Shown here in pieces: positions 63,833-64,000 of a stretch of 64,000 bases of DNA. Position 1 is the first letter of the stretch, and each line of letters opens with the position of its first letter. The translations under genes were made by a program, and so were the position numbers. Below the pieces are notes generated by a model that saw only the letters and a list, made by a program, of their open reading frames with translations, was not told the DNA's origin and searched no databases. This DNA comes from Macrostomum lignano. Taxonomy: Eukaryota. The DNA is taken from positions 992,001 to 1,056,000 of the forward strand of contig NIVC01000006.1 of the NCBI GenBank assembly GCA_002269645.1, in the 5' to 3' direction.

Positions 63833-64000
63833 ATGGCTCCGGACGACAAATCTGCCAACAATCGAGTCGAGCTGGACATCTCAACAGACAGCTCGGACAA
63901 TGCTCAGCCGTCCAGACCGAAGCGGATTCGGCGACCTGGCGAAGACGGCTGGTTAAAGACGTTTCACGATCCGAACGCCGACAGGAGCCTGTTGGATTCG
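63833..64000 (+). CDS. N-terminus of an unidentified gene running off the window
   Basis: acacag|G-ATG, then 56 open GC-rich codons MAPDDKSANNRVELDISTDSSDNAQPSRPKRIRRPGEDGWLKTFHDPNADRSLLDS. Confidence 0.55.
   Translation, partial: MAPDDKSANNRVELDISTDSSDNAQPSRPKRIRRPGEDGWLKTFHDPNADRSLLDS

Overview
Eukaryotic (animal) genomic DNA. GC-rich, low-complexity-rich exons are separated by AT-rich introns packed with minisatellites; this style is most consistent with a free-living flatworm such as Macrostomum (inference, not proven). Spliced gene models read directly from the sequence: 3' end of an SLC4 bicarbonate transporter (+); single-coding-exon neurogenin-type bHLH (-); 5-exon SCAMP (-); 2-exon PAXX-like NHEJ factor (+); then a same-strand run of a 4-exon coiled-coil protein with a citron-like motif, a 3-exon RNFT-type RING-TM ligase, a 4-exon divergent ADP-dependent glucokinase, and the start of a further gene at the window edge. 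Mobile DNA: a decayed mariner nested in a 3-kb hAT-type element, hAT-type MITEs with 8-bp TSDs, MULE-like foldbacks with 9-bp TSDs, two CORE-type tRNA SINEs and a decayed APE-RT-RNaseH LINE. Most notable: (1) a hAT-type MITE family carrying the 28S rRNA helix 69-71 / R2 / I-PpoI target segment; (2) an ADPGK with no genomic in-frame start codon for its N-terminus, which may take its AUG from a trans-spliced leader within an operon-like cluster; (3) loss of both metal-binding motifs in that ADPGK; (4) a flatworm-type PAXX candidate. All homology calls come from recalled motifs; no database search was run.
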